From NCBI RefSeq assembly GCF_009914755.1, contig NC_060931.1: DNA of 64,000 nt; one strand, written 5' to 3'. Below the pieces are notes generated by a model. It saw nothing but the letters and a program-made list of their open reading frames with translations, searched no databases and had not been told where the DNA came from. Below are positions 15,101-26,373 of this stretch, piece after piece; positions within the stretch are counted from its first letter, which is position 1, and each line of letters starts with the position of its first letter. The DNA is from the human T2T-CHM13v2.0 reference genome, Homo sapiens. A program made the position numbers and the translations under genes.

Positions 15101-15269
15101 CTTCCCATGGTTTTAGGTATTTTATCACTTGGAAGAGGCAGATGTGTCCTGCAAGATTTGCCTTTTTTTTTCTTTTTTGAGTGTACTCTCTCTCTTACTC
15201 CGAGATAATTTTCAATATTAGAAAGAAAGTCCAACTAATGCTGGCTGCTAGTTACTTTTAACACTTCTC

Positions 15270-15612
15270 TGATGGAAAATGTTGGTTTGACTCATTATTT
15301 CCCCTCTTTAATCAAAGTTTTCTTTCCCGGAGAAAACATTCTCCCCAGCCCCATGTTAACTCTATTTTTCTAAACTGTCTTTGATGAAGAACCTTGTCAA
15401 GGGCTTTCTGAAAGTTTATAAATTATATCCTCTGCTTATTTACTGTCTCAGATAACTCAGAATGATTGGCGAGACATGCCTTCTCTACATGTAAACCATG
15501 TTGCCTTTCTCCTAACAGATTATGTTTGCATATATGACAATTATATTGCACTTTATTGTAGATACTGTCTACTTGCTATATTTGAAGTGGAGCTGTGAGT
15601 CCCAGGATTCAA
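15270..15612 (-). mobile_element. Ancient CR1/L3-class LINE reverse-transcriptase remnant
   Basis: Minus strand reads KHNLLGERQHGLHVEKACLANHSELSETVNK then NFQKALDKVLHQRQFRKI, matching CR1 RT HNLLGxSQHGF..SCLTNLLEFFE..DFQKAFDKVPHQRLLxKL. Confidence 0.75.
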
Positions 15613-15983
15613 ACCAAACTCTTTCCCCCCTCCCCCCAATTAAAGCCTGGATGGGTACATGAAAAATTCAGGATAATGACCAACTCTGAAATTGTTCAAC
15701 CCTTTGGTATGATAATACTTGATAACTTTTATTTTTGTCTTTGTTTCTAATTATGTTTGACTTTAAAATTAGCACGTTTAACATTAAAGTCATCATCAGG
15801 GAATCAGTCAAGTAGTAAAAAGAGACCTTGGGTTAAATGCTTATATGTCTATCCACACACATACTTACATGTATACACACATATGCATATATAATCAATA
15901 GCTATCTCTGGCTTCTGAGTATGTTTGAATAAAATTAAGCTGTATAGTCTGAAATAAAAATGGATTTTTAAAGGGAATTTGCA

Positions 15984-16270
15984 GGCCAGGTGTGGTGATT
16001 CACGCCTGTAATCTCAGCACTTTGAGAGGATAAGGCAGGAGGATCACACCTTGAGCCCAGCAGTTCCACACCAGCTTGGGCAAGTTAGAGAGACCCCATC
16101 TCTACAAAAAAATTTTAAAAATTAGCCAGGTCCAGTGTGGTGGCATGTACCTGTGGTCCCAGCTGAGGTGGGGAAATCACTTGGGCTGTGGAGGTCAAGG
16201 CTGTAGTGAACTATGATCATGCCACTGCATTCCAGCCTGGGCAATCAGCGAGACCCTGTCTCCAAAAAAA
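15984..16270 (+). mobile_element. AluJ
   Basis: J diagnostics GGAGGTCAAGGCTGTAGTGA; TSD AAAG(G)GAATTTGCA. Confidence 0.92.
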
Positions 16271-18737
16271 AGGAATTTGCAAATAGATAATGATGTGCAT
16301 ATAACTACATTTTACCCACATAGGAATCTTCCATTTCCATTTCCTCTGATAAGATATGACGGTAGCTTCCTGGGTGGGTATGAAGTTTGTGAGGTAATAG
16401 TTAGCATTGGTGCCTTAGGGTAAAAAGTGGAGTGCCCCTCTGAGTACAGCCTGACCTAGATGTTTAGGCTACAATGTCAGGTGAGCCATAGTGTCCACTC
16501 TTAAGGACATTGCATTCTTTGGGGAGAGATAGACAACAATCAGTGAGTCTGGTCAGAGGAACGAGGACCATGGTCAGGCACACCCAGGAGTCCCTGGGAA
16601 ATCCTGAGAGGGGTGTATAAATAGGCCGCTGGTGGGATGTCTTCCTTTGCAGTATTATTTTTTTTTCATTTCCTTCATATTAGTACAAGCCAACAAATGT
16701 TTGTTCAGTTCTTGCTATTTACCAGGCACTATGGGAGATATACCTACTGCCTGTAAGGGGCTGCAGACCAACAGCATCAGTTATTGAAATTTTATATAAA
16801 AACATGAGACACCATATGTGAAAACCTGTAATCAGGGAGACTGTGCCCTGGAGTGGAGACCTAATGATTTTAGAGTACTTCGGATGGACCAGTAGTCCTG
16901 GCTTACTGTTAATAATAACATTTATTTAACACCTTGACTTTTGCTGTAAAACAATTTTGCCCTGTTGAGAAAGGAATCATTGCAATATACAAGCAAAAGG
17001 TCCATATCAAGATACTGAGTACATAGCCCTTGAAGAAGGGAAGTAGTAACAGATATGAGATGTTATTTAGGTGGGAAGAAACATTGAAAATGGCTTTATT
17101 TCAATATTTCAAAACATTTCTTCCCTCTTCTGAAACCATTTTCCGAACATGCCATTCACTTTGGGAGCTTCATAAAAAAAAAAAAGGCACCACTTTCAGC
17201 ACGTTACAGCCTAATTCTTCATGCTCTTTCCTTTTTGACTTTCCTTCTCTTCCCTTTGTGCCACCTTACTTGAGTACCCCATCCTCCCATGCAGGCACAC
17301 ATGGAATTCCAAGTGTGGAAGCAAATTGCTGATGGACTGCAAATGATATTCTAATAGTTTTTAGCAGTTTAAGCTCTCTCTCTGTTAACATGTAGCTAAT
17401 GCATAAAATGTTAATACTCCTTAAAAAGAACATATGTTACAATCTTAGTGCCTTGTCAGACAGACTCTAATCTGTTAGCAATTTTAGGCTGACAAAAGCT
17501 TGTTCTTGGCCCCATATCTGTCTCTACAGTTCTCTCCACTATATATCCTGTGCAAGTTCAAAGCATGATGATGACATTAGATAGCACACATGTTGGTTTC
17601 ATTAGCTAGCTCTAAACTGTTTTATGTGAATGCACTAATTTCACTGTACAGAATTAACTAGGCCATATGGGTGTGTTCTGGTTGCCCTGATACATTCATT
17701 TTCTTCCACTCTGTTTTCCCCCTCTCTTTACTGACCCTGTGCATCCAAATCTGTAGTGATGGGGGAAAATTGATTGACTCAGAAAGTAGGGGATTGCGAT
17801 GTAGTGATTTCACGCTCAGTTGTTGGCTAACAAGGCACCATAGTTTTTATTTAGTGAGCCCTGGTAGCAGGAGATGAAGAATTGTGTAGGGCCCAGCTGC
17901 CACGGTTACAGAGCAAGCAGCTTAAAGGGCTTCAGGGTTCCAAGTGTGAGGGGAATTGTCTCTTCTCAGCAGGTAAGGGATAGATCTAGGCAGAGTCTGT
18001 TGTGTTCAAGATGCTGACTGGCCTGGCCAATTCATAAATCCAAAAAATTACAACATCTTCTGGTCAGGAGGAAGTGGAAGGGACATTCAATGGTGCATTT
18101 AACCCTTTTAATGCCAGGATATAATACCTCTTGCCTGCTGGCTGTTTACGGGGGACATTTCGTGTTTAAAATATGTCTTTAAAATGTAATTTTCATTTCC
18201 AAGTCTCCTTTTAAATTAAAATAGATTAACCAATTAATTATCTATTTAGTGAAAGCTAGTTAGTCAATCCATTTACATTTGCTGCTCTCATATATTTACA
18301 TGTATTTCAAACAGTTGTGATTTTTTTTTTCCAGATTGATCTAAAAGGACTAGAAAGCCCTAAGGTTTATGTTCTCATTGTGTATGTGTGTGTTTCTACA
18401 TGTGTTCACACACACCCAAACATATATAGGATCACACTAAATTTATACAAGTTTTTAAACACTTAAACTTTATTTAGTATATAATCATTTTTAGTAAGAA
18501 TTTGGCCTTTACTCCATCTATGAAAAATAGTTGTTAAGTCAACAATGGTTCTGAAGAGAAACACAAAGGATAGGATTTGTCCTATTAGGAAAACTATTTT
18601 CAAGCATGTTAGAATTACTGTTAATATTCTGAGTCCAAGTGAGCCCAGGAAGGACCTCTAGTTGATGAAGTTAGCTTTCTTCTAGTTTCTATATATATTT
18701 AAGGATAATACATTTTTATCTCTTTAAAGAACATTAA

Positions 18738-18805
18738 AATTTAAATTTTGATTCAGATCTGTCAGGCCTTTTAGCCTGAAAGATAGATCTGAATCAAAAT
18801 GAATT
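18738..18805. repeat. Compact inverted repeat / hairpin (16-bp perfect stem plus inner 6-bp stem)
   Basis: ATTTTGATTCAGATCT (18745-18760) pairs with AGATCTGAATCAAAAT (18785-18800); inner TCAGGC/GCCTGA. Confidence 0.9.
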
Positions 18806-20469
18806 AGGTATTACTATAATAAATACAAGATTCCTATTTCTTATTTGCCTCATTAATGCATAAAGTATTTTTATTGTGTTTGTGTGAAGAACTCTGCTGA
18901 AGGACACAGATGTCATTATTAATATTTTCTATTTAATGCCTGCAGTGTCCCGAGGATTGTATATCCCATGAAGCAGACATAATTTATTCTTAAAACTGGA
19001 GTTCCCTTGGTGGGAATACTCCCTGTGTTTCTGCTTTAGTATTCAGCCTCTTGCTCTTACCCTTCTCATTCCCACACCCCAGTCTTTAGGCTGTCTCATA
19101 ATTTGGGACTGAGAACTCAAAAGTCCCAGTTTCAAAGTGAGTCTGATTTGCTAACAGGTACAAGTCCAGTGGGAGCATCCTCATCACAGAATCCACTCAT
19201 TTCAAATCATATCCCTGATACAGAATAGACCTATTAAAAGTGGCTTGTTGCTATTCAAATCCAGACAACTATGAATTTAATCATGCTCTCATTCATGCAA
19301 AACATAATTTCACCTGTTAAAAGCCTGAGCAAATGTAGTTAGCCTATAAAGTTGGGGGCTGGACCTGAGTTTCTCTAACTCCAGAGTTATGATGGGGTTT
19401 CATTTAAAACCATACCTTTTTTATTTCCTGACTTTTGTTTCTCTGGTTGATTTCTTAACAATGCTATTTTAAATAATATTTGCCATGCTTTTACAACAAT
19501 CTAAATAGAAGCTGGTTTGGAATGACATCCCTCTTGGCGGTCCACATTTGGTTCTAAAAGGTCACTTGTGTTCATTGTATCATGGATGCAGAAAAGAAAA
19601 AATGCTTCCCTTTTCTCTGCATCTTCTGCCTTTGATCCATACTCATGCCTAGATGGGTGACAGAATTCAGTGGTAGCTAAATGCCTACATTTCATGGTCA
19701 CTAAGATGGAGAAAGGAGTCTCAGTTTTGCCCACCTATGATGTAATGTTATAGCCCATCAAGCCCAAAACAGAAAAGTGAGGTAGTCTAAAGCAATGGAA
19801 ATTAAGGCCAACATGAGATGGAACAGTCCTTGCAGTATGCAGACTCAGTTGGAGTTATACCCATGCATTACATAAAACCGAACTTGTGTGTTTGGGATTA
19901 TGGTGTTCGTAAATGCTACCAATGGGCTTGGTTGGCTTTGTAAACCAGTCATACTTTCCTCATGTGGTTACAACTTCTCCAAAGCCTCACGGAAAAATTA
20001 TAGCTCCCCACATAGACCGCTTATTCATAGTGTTGTGTCTTGTGAATCGTGGTATGATCTTTTGGTCTCCATAGAAACATAGCAACTTAAGAGTAATTTA
20101 GAATAGAGTGGGGAAGCATACCAACTAGAATTACCACTTGGGAATCACAATCAGTCAAAATTCTTTTTTGTCTCCTTCACTTATTTCATTACTAAATCAT
20201 ATAATATCAGAAATTACTATGATGGGTAAGAATTTCATTATATTACATTTTTGGGTTTACTTCTATGCATCTCTTAGCTATCTGGCAAAGCTAAGTGGAT
20301 ATAGAACATATTCTTTAGCTTTAATATTTATCTAATTCATTTCATTCATTGAATTATTTCTGGTGCTTATGTTGTGTTGCATTCATAAGTCATGTGAAAG
20401 TTGCTTCCAGAATTTTCTTCAAACAACCTGTACTTATTTTACATAAAGATTCATCTATTTCCTGTAATC

Positions 20470-20680
20470 TGTCATTTGTTCAATAAATCTTTATTGAGTA
20501 CTATGTGCTATGTGCTGGGGCTGTAAAGCTTAGAAATAATTAGATATTATCACAGTGCTTAAGGAACTGACAAATGAGCAAGAGAGACATGCATGTAAAG
20601 TTGATATAGGTAGGAAGTGCTGTAGCCCAAGTGTGAAAAAATATGATGTAGGAGACAGAGAAGAGCAACTCAGGTTAGCA
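20470..20680 (-). mobile_element. L2 fragment
   Basis: TTCAATAAATCTTTATTGAGTACTATGTGC L2 3' end. Confidence 0.6.
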
Positions 20681-21125
20681 TGTCAGCATTAAAACTCTAG
20701 CACATAAATGTGGGAAGCACTAGTAACACCATTTTCCTGATTTGCCTATGGTAAGAATGATCTTATATAATAACTATATGCCCCACAGGTTGAGTACCAT
20801 TTTCCGTGTATGTCAAGAACAGAAAGAAGCCCCAAATAGTTTATAGTATAAATAAGTCAAAGCTATGCTCTGAAGAATTCAAGGGAGAGATTGATACATC
20901 TGTTTCAGTGAGGGGTTAGAGATGGAGTGGAGCTGTGGCCAGCTGTAGGGCTGGTGGGAATGGATCAGGGCAGCATAGCTAGGAGACTGGCATGGCAGGG
21001 GTCAAAGATTCTCCTGGAAAGATGCAGACATGCATTGAAAAACTAACAAGAAGCCCTAGACTCAGGAACTTGAATTCTAGGCAGAGAAACTTTCAACTTG
21101 ATGCAGCAGACAATAAGTATTTATA

Positions 21126-21810
21126 ATAACAGATGCTGGTGAGGTTATGGAAAAGAAGGAATGCTTGTACAGTGTTGGTGTGAGTGTAAATTAGTTCCAC
21201 CACTGTAGACGACAGTGTGGTGATTCCTCAAGGAGCTAAAAGCAGAACTGTCATTTGACCCAGCAATCCCATTATGCTCAAAGGAATATAAATCATTCTC
21301 TTACAAAGACACATGCACACATATGTTCATTGCAGCATTACTCACATTAGCAAAGACATGGAATCAACCTAAATGCCCACCAATGATAGACTAAATAAAG
21401 AAAATATGGCACATATACACCATGGAATACTGTGCAGCCATAAAAAAGAATGAGATCATGTCCTTTGCAGGGACATGGATGGAGCTGGAGGCCATTTTCT
21501 CTGGCAAACTAATGCAGGAACGGAAAATCAAATACTGGATGTTCTTACTTACAAGTCAGAAGTAAGTGATGAGAACACATGGACACATAGAGGGAAACAA
21601 CACATACTGGGGCTTATCAGAGGATGGAAGATGGGATGAGGGAGAGGATCAGGAAAAATAACTAATGGGTACTAGGCATACTACCTGGGTAACGAAATAA
21701 TCTGTCCAACAAACTCCCATGACACGAGCTTACCTATGTAACAAACCTGCATATGTACCCCTGAACTTAAAAGTTTTTAAAAAAAGAAAATTAAGTTGAC
21801 AAAAAAACAA
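21126..21810 (+). mobile_element. 5'-truncated L1 (L1PA13-16-like) with TSD
   Basis: ORF2 C-terminus plus 3'UTR GGAGAGGATCAGGAAAAATAACTAATGGGTACTAGGC; TSD AAGTATTTATA at 21115-21125 and 21811-21821. Confidence 0.92.
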
Positions 21811-22489
21811 AAGTATTTATAGTTGTGTCTTTGAGCAGGGAAATTACACTATGGAAGTAGTGGGATTTGAATAACGTTTACTATGGGAGGGAGTTCTGAC
21901 TGCAATGTGTAAATATGTTCATTGAAAAATTTTGCAAAAGCATGAAAATAAATCTCTTAAAGTCACCAAACCTCAGAAACAATTTTGATTTTAACATTTT
22001 TCCATCTTAACATTTTAATATATTTCCAGGTTTTAGGGGTTTTATTATTTGTCTTTGCTTTTTTTTTTAAAACAGAATTGGGGTTATACTTTACTTAACT
22101 TTTATAATCTCCTTTTTTTTCTGCTTAGTAAATCTTGAATATTTCCCCATGTCATCAAATCCTCTTCTGCTTGGTGTATTTTCCTTAATATGAATGTGCC
22201 ACAGTTGTGTTTGGCCAACCATTGAACATTAAAGTTGTTTCCAAGTCCTAACTACATGATTCATGTTGCCATGAAGATCTCTGTATATAAATCTTTCCCT
22301 ACATTGCTAATTATATCCTTAAGATACACTTTCAGAAATTTTAAGTCAAAATAAATTTCAAGCCAACAGATATGGATAATTAAGGTTGCTGGTACATATT
22401 GCCACCTTTAAAACACTTTTAGAAAAATTAAGTGGATATAGTATGCAGCACATCTTGGAAGAGAAATTCTGTGAGAAGCAATTCCATCT

Positions 22490-22660
22490 CAGATGGCTGG
22501 GTTCAAATCCTGGCTTCTCTTACTGTGTCACCTCGGTCAAATAACTTAATCTTTGTGCCTTGGTTTCTTCCTGTGTAATGAGATAATTCATTTGAAGCAA
22601 TTAGAGCACTGCTTGGCACATTCTAGCTGACGTTATTGAGTTGTTGTTAGTATTATTATG
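22490..22660 (+). mobile_element. MIR
   Basis: CTGGGTTCAAATCCTGGCT...ACTTAATCTTTGTGCCTTGGTTTCTT. Confidence 0.8.
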
Positions 22661-22669
22661 GCAGTAATT

Positions 22670-23220
22670 TAGCTTTGAAATGATGAGAGCCTGGGTCAAA
22701 TTAATGAGAAGAAAGATACAGAGAGAAATCTTTGACAAATCAGTCATATTTGGTGACTAATTGGCTATATAGGCCAAAGAAGGGAGATAAGTGAAAAAAT
22801 GAGCCAAACGTTTTAAGCCTAGGGAAGTGGATGTTTCAGTGATGAAAGTGGCCTCTGGCTTAGGGCATACTGAAGTGGACACAGTGGGAGATGGACACAG
22901 GCTAGTGACTATAGATTTCAGGGTAAAGAACGAGGAAGGGCATGTTGATTTGGTAATGATCAGAAGTGAACTATTGACATGAAAATGGGTAGACTCCCAG
23001 GAAAAGTGAGGATTGAGAGGACAGGGCTTAGGATCCTAGACTGCTGGAGGAAAGTAGAGAGAAGGAACAGCAGGAAGGAAGACCAGCTAGCCAAGGATCT
23101 GAGAAGATGCCATTGCAGAGGTGAACAGAGAATCATAGTTGTGGGAACCATACAAGGATAAATGTCACAAAGAAGAGGGTAGTCAGCAATGCCAAATAGC
23201 AAAACGTCCAAAGGTGATGG
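22670..23220 (-). mobile_element. L2 fragment
   Basis: Purine-rich L2 antisense pattern (TTTGGTGACTAATTGG..., GGTAGTCAGCAATGCCAAAT). Confidence 0.55.
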
Positions 23221-25194
23221 GAAGTAAAGAAAATTACTAATTCTAGTTAATAAATGAAAGGTAAAAGAGTTTGCATTTTCTTTGTGTATTTCATGATGGT
23301 TCTTTTGTTCATTTTTTTCCTAGCTTCTCAAAACTTTCTTTGTGAATTTTAGTCACTATGTTTTATTGGTTGTTTTCAAACACAACTTAGAATTCTTTTT
23401 ATTCCATTAGCCACATTTTAAGAAAACTTGTGAAGCAGTTAGTTCTCCAACTCACAGTGTAACAGATCTTTGTTTCTTATTCACTATCATCTTTGACACA
23501 GTTGCCTAAGCATTTGGTTCATGTAACCATTAAAAACACATAAACAAAAATACTAGAAAATAAACAAGATTGCAATGTTTTATACAATAATAACTTGCAA
23601 AGTCTCCCCTTTGAAACTGAGGCCATTTTTGTGTCATTGAAGTATAGTAGAATGACCCATTAACAAGATTTCTGTTGGGTTTATATATTAAAACAGATGA
23701 AATCATTTTAAACAAAATGTTAAAAGCATTTACTTCCTAGCTCAGGCTAAGCTTGATCCAAAAATTATTTAACATTTGTCCAAAATTTAAAAACAAAATA
23801 AAACTAAGTTTTGACCCCTAATTCACTTGCTGGGTAAAACCTGGAAAGACATTTTGAGATATAAAAACTCTATCACTAATTTAAAATCATTTTTAATTTC
23901 ATTCCACTTTGTACCAGTTGATTTCCCATAATCAGTTCGCTGTTATTACATTTTAAGGCCTAGCTTGTTGGCACTCATTTATCACCTTCTAACTTTCTAA
24001 GTAACTTTGTCTGGAATAGGCCGCCAGACCTCTCATTAACTAGTTGCCCACTACTGGTGTTTCCCATCACCTTTAAAGTACAATTTGTTGTTTGTTTTTT
24101 AATTTAATTTGAAATATAATTTCCCTATAGACCTGGTCTACCTGACTTTGAATTAAATCATTCCAAGGTTGATTTTTCCCCAAAATATGTGGTTGGATAA
24201 TTTTTAAATCTCTTCATTAAATTTGGCTTAAACTGTTCTTTGTCCTGTTTTCTATTACTTCTTGGTTGCCCAGCACAGCAATGAGCCCCGATGGATTCTT
24301 TAGAACGGCTGTTTGACAACGATTTAAGGAGGGAGTGAGGAGATCCTTTTCTTTTTTTTTTCTTCTCGCTCTCTCTTGCCTACAGCTGCTCTCAATATGG
24401 CTCACCATGACTGAAAGGAAATGAATAAAGATGAGTTATCGGAACTGAAAATCAGCCGCAGAGCAGAAGCAATTCGTACTCCCCAACCCATCCCCAAATC
24501 CAGTGGGGAAAAGGAAGTCATTGCCATCGTTTATTTATTCATATATTTTTAATGGTGGGAGGATTATTTTTTAAATCTTGTACCTATAAGTGGTGGCCAT
24601 TTGGAGCATTTATGAAAAGCCATATGGTTTCAAATGAGATTCCCATCACATTCTCTGCATTTGAAACCATTTTATGCTGAGCCTCTTGGCAGGGTCCACA
24701 CTTGGAGCATGAGCAGCCCCATAAAACACTGTAGACAAAACTGAAGAACATGCAAATAGCACTTAAGGAAATGTTGGGGGTTTGAAATGCCATTTTTGGA
24801 TGGGCCTTCACTTGGATGATACAACTATATTTTATTTTAAGCAGCTATCATTTCCATATTTTGTGCATTACATGTCTCTAGGAATTAAATTCCATCCTTG
24901 TGACTTAGGTATCTTAAGTGCTCAGAGAGATTTCAAACAGGGAAACGTGGAAAAAGAGTTGGGAATTTGGGTCTGAATTAGGATGCAAAATAAAGTTCAT
25001 CAGAGAGGTTGCTGAATCACACGTTTCATATTTTCTCTTTCTCTATGAGAAGAAAGAATGTGTGTATGAAAAGCAATTTCTTGCTAAAATTACGTCATGT
25101 CTCCTTAGATTTTGGAACATGAGCACCTAAACTCGGGCCGCAATCAGCTTATCCATGAAGAGCAAGAGGCTCACTGTGGCTTGATCCTCAAAGG

Positions 25195-25650
25195 CCCCAT
25201 AGTGCTTCTAGTCATACTTCAGATTCATGTAGACCTGGGTTCAAATCCCAGCACATCACTTCTTGCTAACTGTGTGTCCATGGACAAGTGACTGAATCTC
25301 TCCAAGGCTCATTTTCTTCATTTACAAGTATGAATGATACTGCTAATCTTACAAAGCTGATGCTGTGAGTTAAATGAGAGAGGACAGATGTCAAATGCCT
25401 CCTATTACCTGAGAGGCATTGGGTCATTGTAGCATGGCCATTAGGAGTTCCAGTTCCGGAGTTAACTGTCCTGGTTTGAAAGCTTCTCTGACAGGTATTA
25501 ACTTTGTGGCCTTGGGAAAGAAGCCCCCATTTCCCATCTAGAGAGTGACGGCAATCATACTCATATCCCACAGATGTATGATGAGAAGTGACTGTAATGA
25601 TACATGTAAAGCTCTTAGACTAGCTCCTGCATGGCACATGGAAAGTTCTC
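25195..25650 (+). mobile_element. Two tandem MIR copies
   Basis: AGACCTGGGTTCAAATCCCAGC and second core TGTGGCCTTGGGAAAG...ATACATGTAAAGCTCTTAG. Confidence 0.75.
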
Positions 25651-25923
25651 CACACTCTCATTTGCTGACCTTGCAGGATGGTTGGGCAAATGGGCATTAG
25701 TATCTGTAATTCCTAGCATATAATGAATAAGCAGTATGTGGTAGCTGCTGCCCCTGTCATCCAGTGCAGAGTCCCACTTTACAATGAGTATTCTTGGTCA
25801 GATACCCTGGTCTATCATGGCCACAGGAGCTTCTGGTCTGGCACGTGCCATCTGGGATGCCACTGTATTTCTCAAAGCCATGATGAGTTTCATAACTCCC
25901 AAGAAACTTTTTTCTCAATATCC

Positions 25924-26112
25924 ATTTGCCAAACATTTTTTATATAATATATTATATTATATACATTAAATATATATAAATATTTATATATAAACAGTAT
26001 ATATACATTATATACATTATACATAAATATACATTAAATATATTATACATTAAATATACATAAAATATATATAATATATTATATGTTTGGCAAATATATA
26101 TTTTGTATATAT
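25924..26112. repeat. AT-rich repeat bounded by a 13-bp inverted repeat
   Basis: ATTTGCCAAACAT 25924-25936 / ATGTTTGGCAAAT 26083-26095 enclosing a (TA)-rich tract. Confidence 0.85.
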
Positions 26113-26373
26113 AAGCTCCCATTCTGCAGCCTAGGCTGGAGTGCAGTGGTGCAATCTTGACTCACTGCAGTCTCGACCTCCCGCGCTCAAGCATTCTGCC
26201 CACCTCAGCCTGCCGAGTAGCTAGAACTACAGGCACATGCTATCATGCCCAGCTAATTTTTCTTTTTATTTTTTATACGCACAGGGTTTTGCCGTGTTTC
26301 TCAAGCTAGTCTCAAACTCCGCAGCTCAAGCGATCTGCCTGCCTTGACCTCCCAAAGTGCTGAGATTACAGGC
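26113..26373 (-). mobile_element. AluJ (5'-truncated)
   Basis: CTGCAGTCTCGACCTCC, GCTCAAGCGATC J diagnostics. Confidence 0.9.

Noticed and set aside
21781-21810. 3' transduction after the truncated L1 (TTAAGTTGAC between A-runs)
   Set aside because: Only ~10 nt; indistinguishable from tail decay
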